Positions 1 through 9,581 of a DNA stretch of 64,000 nucleotides are shown here, in pieces; positions within the stretch are counted from its first letter, which is position 1, and the number at the start of each line of letters is the position of its first letter. Location of the stretch: positions 65,875 to 129,874 of the forward strand of contig CAJARJ010000009.1 in assembly GCA_903944345.1 (NCBI GenBank), in the 5' to 3' direction. The position numbers were made by a program, and so were the translations under genes. The notes below the pieces were generated by a model. That model made no database searches and was not told where the DNA came from. It saw only the letters and a program-made list of their open reading frames with translations. The stretch comes from Candidatus Omnitrophota bacterium. GTDB taxonomy: Bacteria > Omnitrophota > Gorgyraeia > Zapsychrales > Fredricksoniimonadaceae.

Positions 1-198
1 GTTTTCAAAACTTTCATTACATTCGAAAGGAATATGATACTCATGCCCCTTGAAGGTCAATGACGAGCAACCCCAAAGACGGGTCAAAAAGTGAACAGAC
101 ATCCCCTCTTCCGCAAAGCGCTGCTTGTAATACCATATCTCGGGCTCATAATAATCCCCCTCCATCAGTATGCCAATTTTCTTTCCGCCTGCCATCAT
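1..198 (-). CDS. DJ-1/PfpI-like protein, N-terminal part (CDS runs off window start)
   Basis: Manual translation of the minus strand from ATG at 198 gives MMAGGKKIGILMEGDYYEPEIWYYKQRFAEEGMSVHF... with no stop before the window edge. The KKIGIL..G....E pattern is typical of DJ-1/PfpI. Its start overlaps the stop of the upstream gene (ATGA). It is absent from the ORF track because no stop lies in the window. Confidence 0.35.
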   Translation of the reverse strand, partial: MMAGGKKIGILMEGDYYEPEIWYYKQRFAEEGMSVHFLTRLWGCSSLTFKGHEYHIPFECNESFEN

Positions 199-1793
199 GA
201 CGCTCCCTTGTATCGGACTGCCAACATGGTAATATCATCGGATTGAGGAGCATCCAGCACGAAACCTTGAACTTCCTCGCGCATCCGCAGAATGATATCC
301 TTGACTGATTGCTTCTGAATTTGCCGTAAAATAGTTTTCAGGCGTTCTTCCGAAAACTGTTCCTGAGCGGCATTCATGGCTTCGGTAACACCGTCAGTAT
401 AAAGAAAAACGGTATCCCCGGGCTTGATAAGCATCGAATTGTTTTGCGAAAGTTTGTTTTCCATAACGCCCATAACAAAACCGCCCGGAACTTTGAGATA
501 ATTAAAACAACCCAGATGGTCACAATTTTCGATAGGATCATGACAATCGCCACAGCAGCTGCGGTCAAAGACCAACGGCGGATTGTGCCCGGCATTGCAG
601 AACTGCAATTCTCCGGTCTGGATATTAAGAATCGCACAAAAAACCGTAACAAACTGACACGTGGAATTGTCCGGATACATAATATTGTTAACCCGGGTCA
701 GGATCTCGTCAGTAGAAAGGCCGCGCTTGGCTTCATTCTTGATCAAGGTTTTACTGATGGCCATAAACAAGGCCGCCGGAACGCCTTTCCCGGAAACATC
801 ACCAATAACAAAACACAGCCTGTGATCATCAACAAAAAAGAAATCATAAAAATCCCCGCCTACTTCCTTGGCCGGATCCATCAAAGCAAACAAGTCAAAC
901 TCTTTACGTTCAGGGAACTCTACCGGAAGCATGCTGGCCTGAATATCTTTGGCAATACGTAATTCGCTCTCCATGCGTTCACGGGCCGCAGTTTCGGCCT
1001 TCAGATTCTCGATGAACCTTTTGATCGACACCTGAATAAGCTCAATAGCCAGCGAAGGATCTTTGCCAAAAAAACGAATAACCTCATCCTTGCCCATGGT
1101 AAAGACTTCGAGGTCCTCCTCGCAAACGGCAGAGCAAGTCCTCTCCTTGTAGGGAGAGAAAATTCCCATTTCCCCGATAACATCTCCCTCACCTACAACT
1201 TTCTTGATCTCAACCAGTCGAATAGCACCTTTGGCAATATAAAACATCCGGTCAGCAGGATCCCCGGCCTTGAAAAGAGTCTCACCCTGTCTGAAGGTTT
1301 CTTTCTTCATAAACTCGAGCGGCCAGCGGCAGACACAATCAGAAGCTCCGGAAGAAGATTTGCCTCCGTTTGGCTTTCCGTCATGACAGCAGGAGTTGGT
1401 CTTTACCAGAGTCAGGATGTTGCGGCCATCTTCCCGGCGATAAATGACATCGTCCATAATCTGGCGAATCATGAATATCCCAAGTCCACCAATACGCCGC
1501 GCCTCCATCGGAGCCGTAACGTCCGGAGCAGCTAATGCCAACGGATTAAACTCAATTCCGGAATCAATAATCGTAATCTCAAGACAGTGCTCCTGATTAA
1601 GAACAACAATCTCCAGATCACCTTCTGAACCGGGATAAGCGTAATTTATAACGTTAACCAGAGCTTCTTCGCAAGCAAGCTGAACCTTATCGATTGTTTC
1701 TTTCTTGAAATACTGCCGTGCAGCCGCATCGCGAATAAACACGAACATGCTCTCAAGATTGCCGAGTTTTGCGGGCAAACAAAGTCGTTCCAT
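195..1793 (-). CDS. Three-domain signalling protein: RsbW/SpoIIAB-like anti-sigma kinase (HATPase) + cNMP-binding domain + PP2C/SpoIIE phosphatase
   Basis: The N-terminal part has the GGLGIFMIRQIMDDV HATPase_c motif. The middle part is CAP_ED-like (GEMGIF...C). The C-terminal part carries the PP2C/SpoIIE motifs FYDFF..GDVSGKGVPAALFMA and DGVTEA. Cys-rich inserts are present (CCHDG..CVC and CCGDCHDPIENCDHLGC). Confidence 0.75.
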   Translation of the reverse strand: MERLCLPAKLGNLESMFVFIRDAAARQYFKKETIDKVQLACEEALVNVINYAYPGSEGDLEIVVLNQEHCLEITIIDSGIEFNPLALAAPDVTAPMEARRIGGLGIFMIRQIMDDVIYRREDGRNILTLVKTNSCCHDGKPNGGKSSSGASDCVCRWPLEFMKKETFRQGETLFKAGDPADRMFYIAKGAIRLVEIKKVVGEGDVIGEMGIFSPYKERTCSAVCEEDLEVFTMGKDEVIRFFGKDPSLAIELIQVSIKRFIENLKAETAARERMESELRIAKDIQASMLPVEFPERKEFDLFALMDPAKEVGGDFYDFFFVDDHRLCFVIGDVSGKGVPAALFMAISKTLIKNEAKRGLSTDEILTRVNNIMYPDNSTCQFVTVFCAILNIQTGELQFCNAGHNPPLVFDRSCCGDCHDPIENCDHLGCFNYLKVPGGFVMGVMENKLSQNNSMLIKPGDTVFLYTDGVTEAMNAAQEQFSEERLKTILRQIQKQSVKDIILRMREEVQGFVLDAPQSDDITMLAVRYKGAS

Positions 1794-1798
1794 AGGAT

Positions 1799-2134
1799 TT
1801 ACTCTGTCCAGGAATCCTGCAGGGTCATAAAATTATCCAGACCACTCATTTTAATGACATTCAATATTGCGGGGGCCGCAGCAACCATAAAGATATGAGC
1901 ATCCACTCCGATCTTCTGTTTTGCGAAAATGATCACACGCAATCCGGCGCTGGAGATATACTCCAGGTTCTTGGCTATAAAAACCAGCTTGGTTACACCT
2001 TGACCCGCGTACTGCTTGATCTCGGTCTGAAGAGCTTCCGAATTAGTGGCATCCAGTCGACCGATCAACTCGACTTTGACAACCTTATTGGCACATACTA
2101 CGCTAAATCTGGAATCCATAGTCTGTTTCTCCAT
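1799..2134 (-). CDS. STAS-domain anti-sigma-factor antagonist (RsbV/SpoIIAA-like)
   Basis: The protein is 111 aa and has the conserved phosphorylatable Ser motif YISSAGLRVII. It sits between the PP2C fusion protein and GlgX. Confidence 0.8.
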   Translation of the reverse strand: MEKQTMDSRFSVVCANKVVKVELIGRLDATNSEALQTEIKQYAGQGVTKLVFIAKNLEYISSAGLRVIIFAKQKIGVDAHIFMVAAAPAILNVIKMSGLDNFMTLQDSWTE

Positions 2135-2149
2135 TTATGATACATTCCC

Positions 2150-4282
2150 CTATCGGGTCTTTTTCCCTACCAGTATGACCACCGAGCGAGACCCCAGCAT
2201 AAAAGCGGATTGATCCGCTAATTCCACTTCTTTGCCCGGCTGCCAGATATCCTGGGGAGCCGGAGCATCCGTATTGGCAAAAACATGCCAAATCATCCCC
2301 GAAGGAAGCTGGGGCAATTCAAAAAGAGCACTCTGCCAATGCATGTTCATTGCGACATAAATCCCGTTATCATCAACTGTCCCGCCTTTGGCATGATGAC
2401 CACACAAAAGAAATGCAATCCGGCGACTTTCCGGGGACCAGTCAACATCCCAGGCCTTCTGACCGTGCCAGGTAATATCGGCATAACCACTGCCCATATA
2501 ATCCCTGTTCTGAAAATGAGCACGATTTCGCAATACCGGATGCGCTTTTCTGAAAGCGATCATCTGGCTGAAAAAATTGAACAACTCGCGATTTTTTTTT
2601 AGCATACGCCAGTCAATCCAGGAGATTTCATTGTCCTGGCAATAAGCGTTATTGTTACCCCATTGCGTATTGGCAAACTCATCCCCCGCCAGAATCATCG
2701 GAGTACCCTGACTGACCAGCAGCAGTGCGGCAGCATTTTTCATCTGCTTGATACGCAAACAATTGACCGCCGGATCTTCAGTCTCTCCCTCAACACCGCA
2801 ATTCCAGCTATCATTGTCATTCGATCCGTCAGAATTATTTTCGCCGTTGGCTTCATTATGCTTGTCATTATACGAAACCATGTCATAAAGAGTAAAGCCG
2901 TCGTGGGCAGTAATAAAATTGACCGACGCACAGGCCCCACGACCTTCCCATGAATACAAATCCGGAGACCCCTGCAATCTCTGTGCGACCGCTCCCAGCA
3001 TTCCGGGTTCACCTTTAATAAATTTGCGGATATCATCGCGGTATTTTCCGTTCCATTCGGCCCAACGACCCCATGCAGGAAAAGATCCCACCTGATATAA
3101 GCCGCCAGCATCCCAGGCTTCGGCAATCAGTTTGCATTTTCCAAGAATCGGGTCAAATGCCAAAGACTCCAAAAGCGGAGGACTATGCATGGGCGCTCCG
3201 TTTTGATCCCGGCCAAGAATCGAGGCAAGATCAAATCGGAAACCGTCCACATGATAATCCGAAGCCCAATAGCGCAGGCAATCAAGAATCATGCTGCGAA
3301 CAATCGGATTGTTACAATTAAGCGTATTGCCGCAACCGGAGAAATTGAAATAGTAGCCCTCGGGAGTCAGCAAATAATAGGTCTTATTATCGATGCCGCG
3401 ATAAGAAATATACGGGCCGCGTTCATTGCCCTCTGCGGTATGATTAAAAACAACGTCCAGAATAACTTCAATGCCGTTCTTGTGCAGTTCCTTGATCATG
3501 GTTTTGCATTCATCAACCTGCATCCCCAGTTTTCCGGTAGCCGCGAATCCGGCTTTGGGAGCAAAAAAGCCGACATTGCTGTACCCCCAGTAATTCATCA
3601 GCATTTTCCCGCTTGCAGAAGAAATGCGTGAGTTCTCGAATTCATCAAACTCGTGAATAGGCATAAGTTCAATGCAATTAACCCCAAGCTCTTTAAGATA
3701 GGCTATTTTCTCCCGAATACCGGAAAAAGTCCCCGGATGCTTGACACCCGAAGAACTATGGCGAGTAAACCCGCGCACATGCGCTTCATAAATAACCAGA
3801 TCTTCGACCGGAGTTTCCAGCGGCCGGTCGTTTTCCCAGTCAAAATCATCGAAGCAAATCCGGGCCCGGTGCTGATACGCATCCGACCAGTCCGGAGCCT
3901 TGCCCCAAACATCCCGACCACCAATTGCTTTGGCATAAGGATCCATAAGAATTTTTGTTTTGTCACAACGATGCCCTTCATGAGCATTAAAAGGGCCGTC
4001 TATGTAAAAACCATATTCGATATTTTCATAATCCAAGTCGAAAACAACCATCGTGAAAACATTGCCGATACGAAACTCGTCCTTGAAGGGTATTGTGGCA
4101 CAAGGCTTCTGCTCCCCCTTGCTGAATAACACCAAAGTACAGGATGTAGCAATGCGGGAATAAACCGAAAAATTAACCCCACCCTGAACGATTGTTGCTC
4201 CGAACGGCAAAGGTTTACCAACCCGCAGTTTGAATTTTCCGCAATCACTGTCATGGGTAGGATGCAGGTCAACCCTAAGCAT
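2150..4282 (-). CDS. glgX: Glycogen debranching enzyme GlgX (GH13 isoamylase-type)
   Basis: 710 aa. GH13 signature blocks are present: GFRFDLASILGRD, EAWDAGG and DGFTLYDMVSYNDKHNEANGE. The N-terminal region is CBM48-like. Confidence 0.85.
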   Translation of the reverse strand: MLRVDLHPTHDSDCGKFKLRVGKPLPFGATIVQGGVNFSVYSRIATSCTLVLFSKGEQKPCATIPFKDEFRIGNVFTMVVFDLDYENIEYGFYIDGPFNAHEGHRCDKTKILMDPYAKAIGGRDVWGKAPDWSDAYQHRARICFDDFDWENDRPLETPVEDLVIYEAHVRGFTRHSSSGVKHPGTFSGIREKIAYLKELGVNCIELMPIHEFDEFENSRISSASGKMLMNYWGYSNVGFFAPKAGFAATGKLGMQVDECKTMIKELHKNGIEVILDVVFNHTAEGNERGPYISYRGIDNKTYYLLTPEGYYFNFSGCGNTLNCNNPIVRSMILDCLRYWASDYHVDGFRFDLASILGRDQNGAPMHSPPLLESLAFDPILGKCKLIAEAWDAGGLYQVGSFPAWGRWAEWNGKYRDDIRKFIKGEPGMLGAVAQRLQGSPDLYSWEGRGACASVNFITAHDGFTLYDMVSYNDKHNEANGENNSDGSNDNDSWNCGVEGETEDPAVNCLRIKQMKNAAALLLVSQGTPMILAGDEFANTQWGNNNAYCQDNEISWIDWRMLKKNRELFNFFSQMIAFRKAHPVLRNRAHFQNRDYMGSGYADITWHGQKAWDVDWSPESRRIAFLLCGHHAKGGTVDDNGIYVAMNMHWQSALFELPQLPSGMIWHVFANTDAPAPQDIWQPGKEVELADQSAFMLGSRSVVILVGKKTR

Positions 4283-4636
4283 TTAAGCCCCTTTCTTGAC
4301 AGTTGTCAGCGCAGAAAAAGCAGAAGGAACATCCTCAAAACTCTTGAAAAAATTATTGAAGCCTGTCATCTCCATGACATCCTGAACCTCAGGAGAAAGA
4401 CCGCTAAGCACCATAACACCCCCGATTGCTGACATCTGCTTGGCAGCCATCAACAAAAGCCTTAAGCCGGCACTGGATATGTAGGCACACGCCCCCAGAT
4501 CCATAATAACCGCCGCCCCTTTTGTCGAAGCCAAAGGCAGTATCATTTCCTGTGCGGCATTAACCGTATTACCGTCAAGACTGCCGGAAAGCTTGATAAC
4601 AGTGACCCCGTCCAGAGCTGTAGTAGTAATCTCCAT
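4283..4636 (-). CDS. STAS-domain anti-sigma-factor antagonist (second copy)
   Basis: 117 aa with motif YISSAGLRLLL. It abuts the glgX start with no gap. Confidence 0.8.
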   Translation of the reverse strand: MEITTTALDGVTVIKLSGSLDGNTVNAAQEMILPLASTKGAAVIMDLGACAYISSAGLRLLLMAAKQMSAIGGVMVLSGLSPEVQDVMEMTGFNNFFKSFEDVPSAFSALTTVKKGA

Positions 4637-4676
4637 TTTCTATTCCTTAATTCCGGACTGCTGTATAGTCCGGATT

Positions 4677-6497
4677 TTATGCCACAGGCGTAAGACGCAC
4701 CTTGACCTTGGGCCTATAATTTAAATTCGGTAAATCAACCGTGAGTTTCTCCGCATCAAAATTTTTCCAGGGATTACCGTCAATCCAGACCTCCGAGATA
4801 CGCACACTACCTTTAGGAAGAATATCCGGCTGAACCCGCAGAATATCCCCAGGGAAGCCATGCGGTAACGGTTTGAAATAAAGATCCAGCGGTTTCTTTG
4901 TATAAAGCAAATTCTGGTAGACCTGGGACAAATAGCATAGTTCGATCGAATGGTAACAGGCCATGGAATGACTGCCCTTCAGGCGTTCCGTTCCGAGCAG
5001 AAATGGCAACCCGTTATTAAGCACATTGAAATATACTGCGCCATCATCATGATCCAGGAAGAAGGCATTGTAGAAAGCTGCAGACTCGCGCCCCAGACGC
5101 AAATACTCGGGGTCCTTCAATACACCATGCATAATCTGATAGGCAAGAATGGCCTGCTCCTGCTGCCACCAGGCTTTACGATCGTGCCAGACATGACGAT
5201 AACAGGTTTCCCCCGGAGCCAGTTCTCTTTCCATAACGTCGTACCACCCGCCCCTCTGGACATCCATGCCGACTGTCGGCATAATGCTGGCAATCTTGCG
5301 GGCGAAATCCACATATTCCTTCTTGGATTTCAAACTGTTGATGCGTAACAAATTCCAGGCAATCTTGAGATTGTGTCCGATCACGCCCCGATTCTGCTGC
5401 CAGCCCCAGGTCTTGTCATGGCTCCAATCCTCCAGAAACTTTTCCTGAACGAACGGACTGTGCTCATAATCAGGGAAATATTTGGTAATGCAGTCGGCCG
5501 TCTCAATCAGGAAATCTTCGTGCTTCTTGTCGCCGGTGGCCAGCCAGAGATTGATCAAATAAGCTGGCGCATGATCTCCCAGCGAATTCCAGTTCTTGCG
5601 TCCGCGGTTTCTACCCAAAGATTCGTGTCTGGGATTAAGATTAACCGGATCGATATGGGAGAAATATCCGCCCTTTTCCTTGTCCAGAAAGAAACGATCA
5701 AAAAGATCAATGGTCATCTTGATATCTTTCATAATCGCCGGATCCCCGGTAATACGATAGGTCTGAGTGGGACCCGCCAGAGCATAAATCTGTTCATACA
5801 TCGGGATGCCATCATAATCATCACCGAATTCCGAGGCAAAGACCTTATGCTCCCGGCCATGCTTGATATCAATACCGTGGTACCAGTAGACCACATTCTC
5901 ATCCGTGTCATAGAAACGCATATGATCGCGCAGATACTGAGTCCCCTTCTCTGCCGCCTCCAGAAAACGATCTTCTCCGGTCAAAAGAAACGCCGAGGCC
6001 ATTCCATAGACCATCCGCGAAATGGTATCTGTCTCCTGACGATGATCCTCTTTACGCTCCCCGGTCAAAGATATCATCGTACGATAGTTGTTGTAATCGA
6101 TGGTATCCGGACTTCCGAACTCTGCCTTGATATAGAAATCCGCAATACTGGCGGCCTGCTTGATCCACCAATCAGCTTCTTCAAAACGGAAGTTATCGAT
6201 CCCGGCTCCAGAAAAAACAAGCACCTTGGCATCAAAATCAAACCCCTTGCTCTCGGGATAAAAAATACCCATTACATACAAGTACTGCCCTTCAACCATG
6301 AGCTCATCGATCCTGCCGGTATAATCGCACCATCCTTCACCTAAATTACGTGGTCCACGAGCATAAGCAGAAGCGGTCAGACGGGCGAAGAACTCTCTGC
6401 CATCAGTTGTTTTGAGGGAAAATGTACGTTTGTCCTTATCAAATCTGGTGACATAGCCGGCAATCGTATCTGAAAACTCGAACTTGATGTTATTCAT
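4677..6497 (-). CDS. AGE-family (N-acylglucosamine 2-epimerase / cellobiose 2-epimerase-like) six-hairpin protein with N-terminal extension
   Basis: 606 aa. The C-terminal block RKAWWQQEQAILAYQ matches the K.WW.Q.EA pattern of the AGE/YihS superfamily. An N-terminal beta-rich domain of about 200 aa precedes it. Confidence 0.5.
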   Translation of the reverse strand: MNNIKFEFSDTIAGYVTRFDKDKRTFSLKTTDGREFFARLTASAYARGPRNLGEGWCDYTGRIDELMVEGQYLYVMGIFYPESKGFDFDAKVLVFSGAGIDNFRFEEADWWIKQAASIADFYIKAEFGSPDTIDYNNYRTMISLTGERKEDHRQETDTISRMVYGMASAFLLTGEDRFLEAAEKGTQYLRDHMRFYDTDENVVYWYHGIDIKHGREHKVFASEFGDDYDGIPMYEQIYALAGPTQTYRITGDPAIMKDIKMTIDLFDRFFLDKEKGGYFSHIDPVNLNPRHESLGRNRGRKNWNSLGDHAPAYLINLWLATGDKKHEDFLIETADCITKYFPDYEHSPFVQEKFLEDWSHDKTWGWQQNRGVIGHNLKIAWNLLRINSLKSKKEYVDFARKIASIMPTVGMDVQRGGWYDVMERELAPGETCYRHVWHDRKAWWQQEQAILAYQIMHGVLKDPEYLRLGRESAAFYNAFFLDHDDGAVYFNVLNNGLPFLLGTERLKGSHSMACYHSIELCYLSQVYQNLLYTKKPLDLYFKPLPHGFPGDILRVQPDILPKGSVRISEVWIDGNPWKNFDAEKLTVDLPNLNYRPKVKVRLTPVA

Positions 6498-6790
6498 GAC
6501 AATCTCCCCTGAATGTAACGAATCAGACTAGTCTTCCTCTAACAAAAAAACGAGTCCGGTGCGGGCTCGTCTTTTATACGCATTTTGCTATAAATCCGGC
6601 CAACAAGACATACTGGAACTCCACGAGGAAAAATGGTAGATTACTTGTAAGTTCAAATTGGCAAAATAATACCTACTTAACAGAGGGCATTCTATCACCC
6701 GTTTTGATTTACACAACTATTTTTCAAAATGTATCTTTATGGCTGAAAACTATCTAACATTCCCGTCGCCTAAAATGAAAGAAACTCGCT

Positions 6791-7249
6791 ATGCTTAAAA
6801 TATCAACAAAAACCCGCTATGCCATCCGTGCCCTGGTAGAAATGGCTAATGACAGCAAGCAACTTCATTTGCTGGATCAACTTGCCCTGCATCAAAACAT
6901 TTCCAGAAAATACCTCGAAAACATTTTTGCACTGCTTAAAAAAGGTTCCATCGTGCAAAGCAAAGTCGGCAAGAATGGCGGCTTTTACCTGCGAGAGAAA
7001 CTGGAAACCATTACCCTGTTAAGAATTTACGAATTGATGGAAGGAGAGGTCGAAGTTGTCAGCTGCCGGAGCAGGAAAAGAAGCTGCCCTCGCCTGTCAT
7101 TCTGCCCGGTCAGTCCGGTATGGAGCGAGGTCAGCGCGCAAATAAAAAAGACACTTGCCTCAAAAAGTCTCAAAGATCTTTGTGAAATCAATCGAACAGA
7201 AGCCAACTGCGAGGAATCAAAGCCCGCAAGTAAAAAAAGATCAGCATAA
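6791..7249 (+). CDS. Rrf2-family transcriptional regulator (IscR-like)
   Basis: The N-terminal HTH reads MLKISTKTRYAIRALVEMA. A three-Cys cluster (CRSRKRSCPRLSFCP) could ligate an Fe-S centre. The gene is divergent from the glgX/STAS operon. Confidence 0.8.
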   Translation: MLKISTKTRYAIRALVEMANDSKQLHLLDQLALHQNISRKYLENIFALLKKGSIVQSKVGKNGGFYLREKLETITLLRIYELMEGEVEVVSCRSRKRSCPRLSFCPVSPVWSEVSAQIKKTLASKSLKDLCEINRTEANCEESKPASKKRSA

Positions 7250-7286
7250 TCGCTTGAGACTCCCGGCTTGACAGGAGCTTCTGTTT

Positions 7287-7885
7287 CTACCGTCTTTTCT
7301 TTTTGGTGTCCACAACCCCGGGCGCTGATTTTACATGAGCTTTAATTAAATTCAAAATTTCGGTATTGCCCCTGCTTGTGGCCAACGACAGCGGCGTTGC
7401 TCCATTGTCCATCTTTGCGTTGACATCAGCTCCGTTTTGCAGCAGCATCCTGGCAACCTCGACATGCCCCTGCTTGCGCCCCTTAAAGCAGGCAAAATGC
7501 AAGGGAGTTGCCCCGTCCTTGGCTCTAGCGTTCACCATTGCACCACGATCAAGCAGCATCCTCGCGGCCTTGGTCTGGGCCTGAGAAGCCGCAACATGCA
7601 AAGGCGTTCCATCATTACCATTCGTAACATCTATTTTAACATGATACTCATCCAGAAGAACTTTAACCACTTCCAATTGTCCCCGCCCGACAGCCCAGTG
7701 TAGCGGCGTCTTGCCCTGTTCATCCTTGCTGTACAGCAGCGACTGATCATGATCCTGATCCAGTAATGTTCTAAGCAAGGTAACATCACCGCTTTTGGCG
7801 GCTTCATGAATAGGCTCCGAAAAAGAAATCCCAGGCGCCAGCGAACAGCACAATAGGATGAGAACAAGAGAGAATAAACTTTTCA
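7287..7885 (-). CDS. Secreted ankyrin-repeat protein
   Basis: At least four ANK repeats are present (G.TPLH.A....L.VV.LL). I trimmed the start to GTG at 7885, which has an AGGAG Shine-Dalgarno; this gives a signal-peptide-like N-terminus (VKSLFSLVLILLCCSLA). Confidence 0.7.
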
Positions 7886-8015
7886 CAAGGACTCCTTTCC
7901 TGACTCGATGATTTGCTGCTATTATAATGCGCAATAAAGCCTCAGAATATATTTCTTTACAAAATTTTATGTTCCAGACTTCTCTACATGGAACAAACAA
8001 TAAAGGAGTTCAGCA

Positions 8016-8762
8016 ATGAAACCTGTCAACGTCGGGATTACGGGAGCCGCCGGAAACATCGGAACCACTCTGCAGGAAGGCCTGGCTCGGGATTATTCTT
8101 TATCTCTTTATGACACAAAAGAGATTTTAACAGCCCCCGGTGCCAGATTTATAAAAACTAATCTAAGCGAAGAAACCACCCTTCACGGTCTTTTTGACGG
8201 TCTTGATGCACTTATTCACCTGGCCGGCAACCCGCGCCCTGATGCTCCCCGGAAACAAACCCTGCAAAACAACTTTCTCGCCACCAGCCTTGTGTTTGAA
8301 GAGGCCCGCCGCGCCGGAATTAAAAAAATCGTTTTTGCAAGCAGCAATTTCTACCATGAAAATGATCTTGCCCAAACACTCCACAATCCCAACCGGGGAT
8401 TGATCACTCTGGATGCGCCCCCCAGCCCCGTCTGCCTTTATGGCGAATCAAAAGTTTATGGAGAGAACCTGGGCCGACATCTCTCTTATACAGGTGGTTT
8501 AAAGTTTGCCGCTTTAAGAATCGGATGGACGGTTCCGCAGGACACCCCAAGACCATATGACAGTCCTTATATGCGGGCTGTATTTTGCAGCAAAAGGGAT
8601 CTGGTGCAGGCTTTTGTAAAAGCACTGGAAGTTGACACAGATTTTATCACTGCTTTTGCTGTCAGCAACAATTCCCGGGCAGTATTCGATCTGGATGAAA
8701 CCAGAAAAACTCTTGGCTTTATCCCCCAGGACAATGCCGAAAACTATTTCAGGAAAGACTAA
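8016..8762 (+). CDS. NAD-dependent epimerase/dehydratase family (SDR) protein
   Basis: Rossmann motif VGITGAAGNIGT at the N-terminus; 248 aa. Confidence 0.7.
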   Translation: MKPVNVGITGAAGNIGTTLQEGLARDYSLSLYDTKEILTAPGARFIKTNLSEETTLHGLFDGLDALIHLAGNPRPDAPRKQTLQNNFLATSLVFEEARRAGIKKIVFASSNFYHENDLAQTLHNPNRGLITLDAPPSPVCLYGESKVYGENLGRHLSYTGGLKFAALRIGWTVPQDTPRPYDSPYMRAVFCSKRDLVQAFVKALEVDTDFITAFAVSNNSRAVFDLDETRKTLGFIPQDNAENYFRKD

Positions 8763-9427
8763 CCCTTCCGCTGATGCCCGTTAAAAAGAAATGAAAACAT
8801 AAAATAAAGGGCGATCAGAAAATACAGTGTAAAAGCCAGCCCCGTGCTGACAAAAGCCAGAAAAGCGGCCACAAGATAGGCCACCGGTCCAAACAAGAAC
8901 GCGGCAACAATAGCCTTGCGATATGCGGGCAACGGAATGCCTTCCTTCAAAATCTTGCAATCGAAAATACCATACCATCTGACAGCCACCAATGCCCCAC
9001 CGGTCAAGGCCATCACCACTCCGTAAAAAGCCACGGCCAGAGGATTCTGTGGATAATCGCCTACAAGCGCAGTGGGGAAAGGGATAAACGAAACAAACAA
9101 CAGTACAAATACATTCAACCAGAACAGAATAATATTAAATCCACGAAAACTGTCAAAGATGCGATGATGATTCACCCAAACAATACAAACTGTCAAAAAA
9201 CTGATGATCCAGCTCAAGAATTTTGGCAGAAGACCCCGTAAAGCATCCAGTAAAACAGACACCGAATCTGCCTGGCCGATATGAGGAACCTTGATCTCCA
9301 GGATCAGCAGCGTGACAATAATGGCAAAAATACCATCGCTAAAAGCCTCCACACGGCTTTTGGTCAGTTCACCATAACGAAAAGTTTTCTGATCCGCCCT
9401 ATCGGCTGATAAATGTTCCGCTGCCAT
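8759..9427 (-). CDS. DUF1211 / TMEM175-like membrane protein (putative K+ channel family)
   Basis: RVEAFSDGIFAIIVTLLILEI signature, with multiple TM segments. Confidence 0.55.
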   Translation of the reverse strand: MAAEHLSADRADQKTFRYGELTKSRVEAFSDGIFAIIVTLLILEIKVPHIGQADSVSVLLDALRGLLPKFLSWIISFLTVCIVWVNHHRIFDSFRGFNIILFWLNVFVLLFVSFIPFPTALVGDYPQNPLAVAFYGVVMALTGGALVAVRWYGIFDCKILKEGIPLPAYRKAIVAAFLFGPVAYLVAAFLAFVSTGLAFTLYFLIALYFMFSFLFNGHQRKG

Positions 9428-9581
9428 AATAAAGATGAGCCTTTCTGATTCAATATTTCAAGAAGATAAAGCACGAAAACCTGAAAAACTCTTTGATAGT
9501 ATACCATCCGCATGGATTCTCCAAATCGAAATCAAAAGAAATGCTCAAGCTCTGTTGAGCGACTGACAGGTATTTTCTGTC

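Noticed and set aside
444-962. Plus-strand 172-aa ORF and other internal ORFs on the opposite strand of long genes (for example within PFOR, ACD, GlgX, DnaK)
   Set aside because: They are fully nested antisense to well-supported genes, and their composition is low-complexity and Arg/Pro/Ser-rich, typical of GC-skewed antisense frames.
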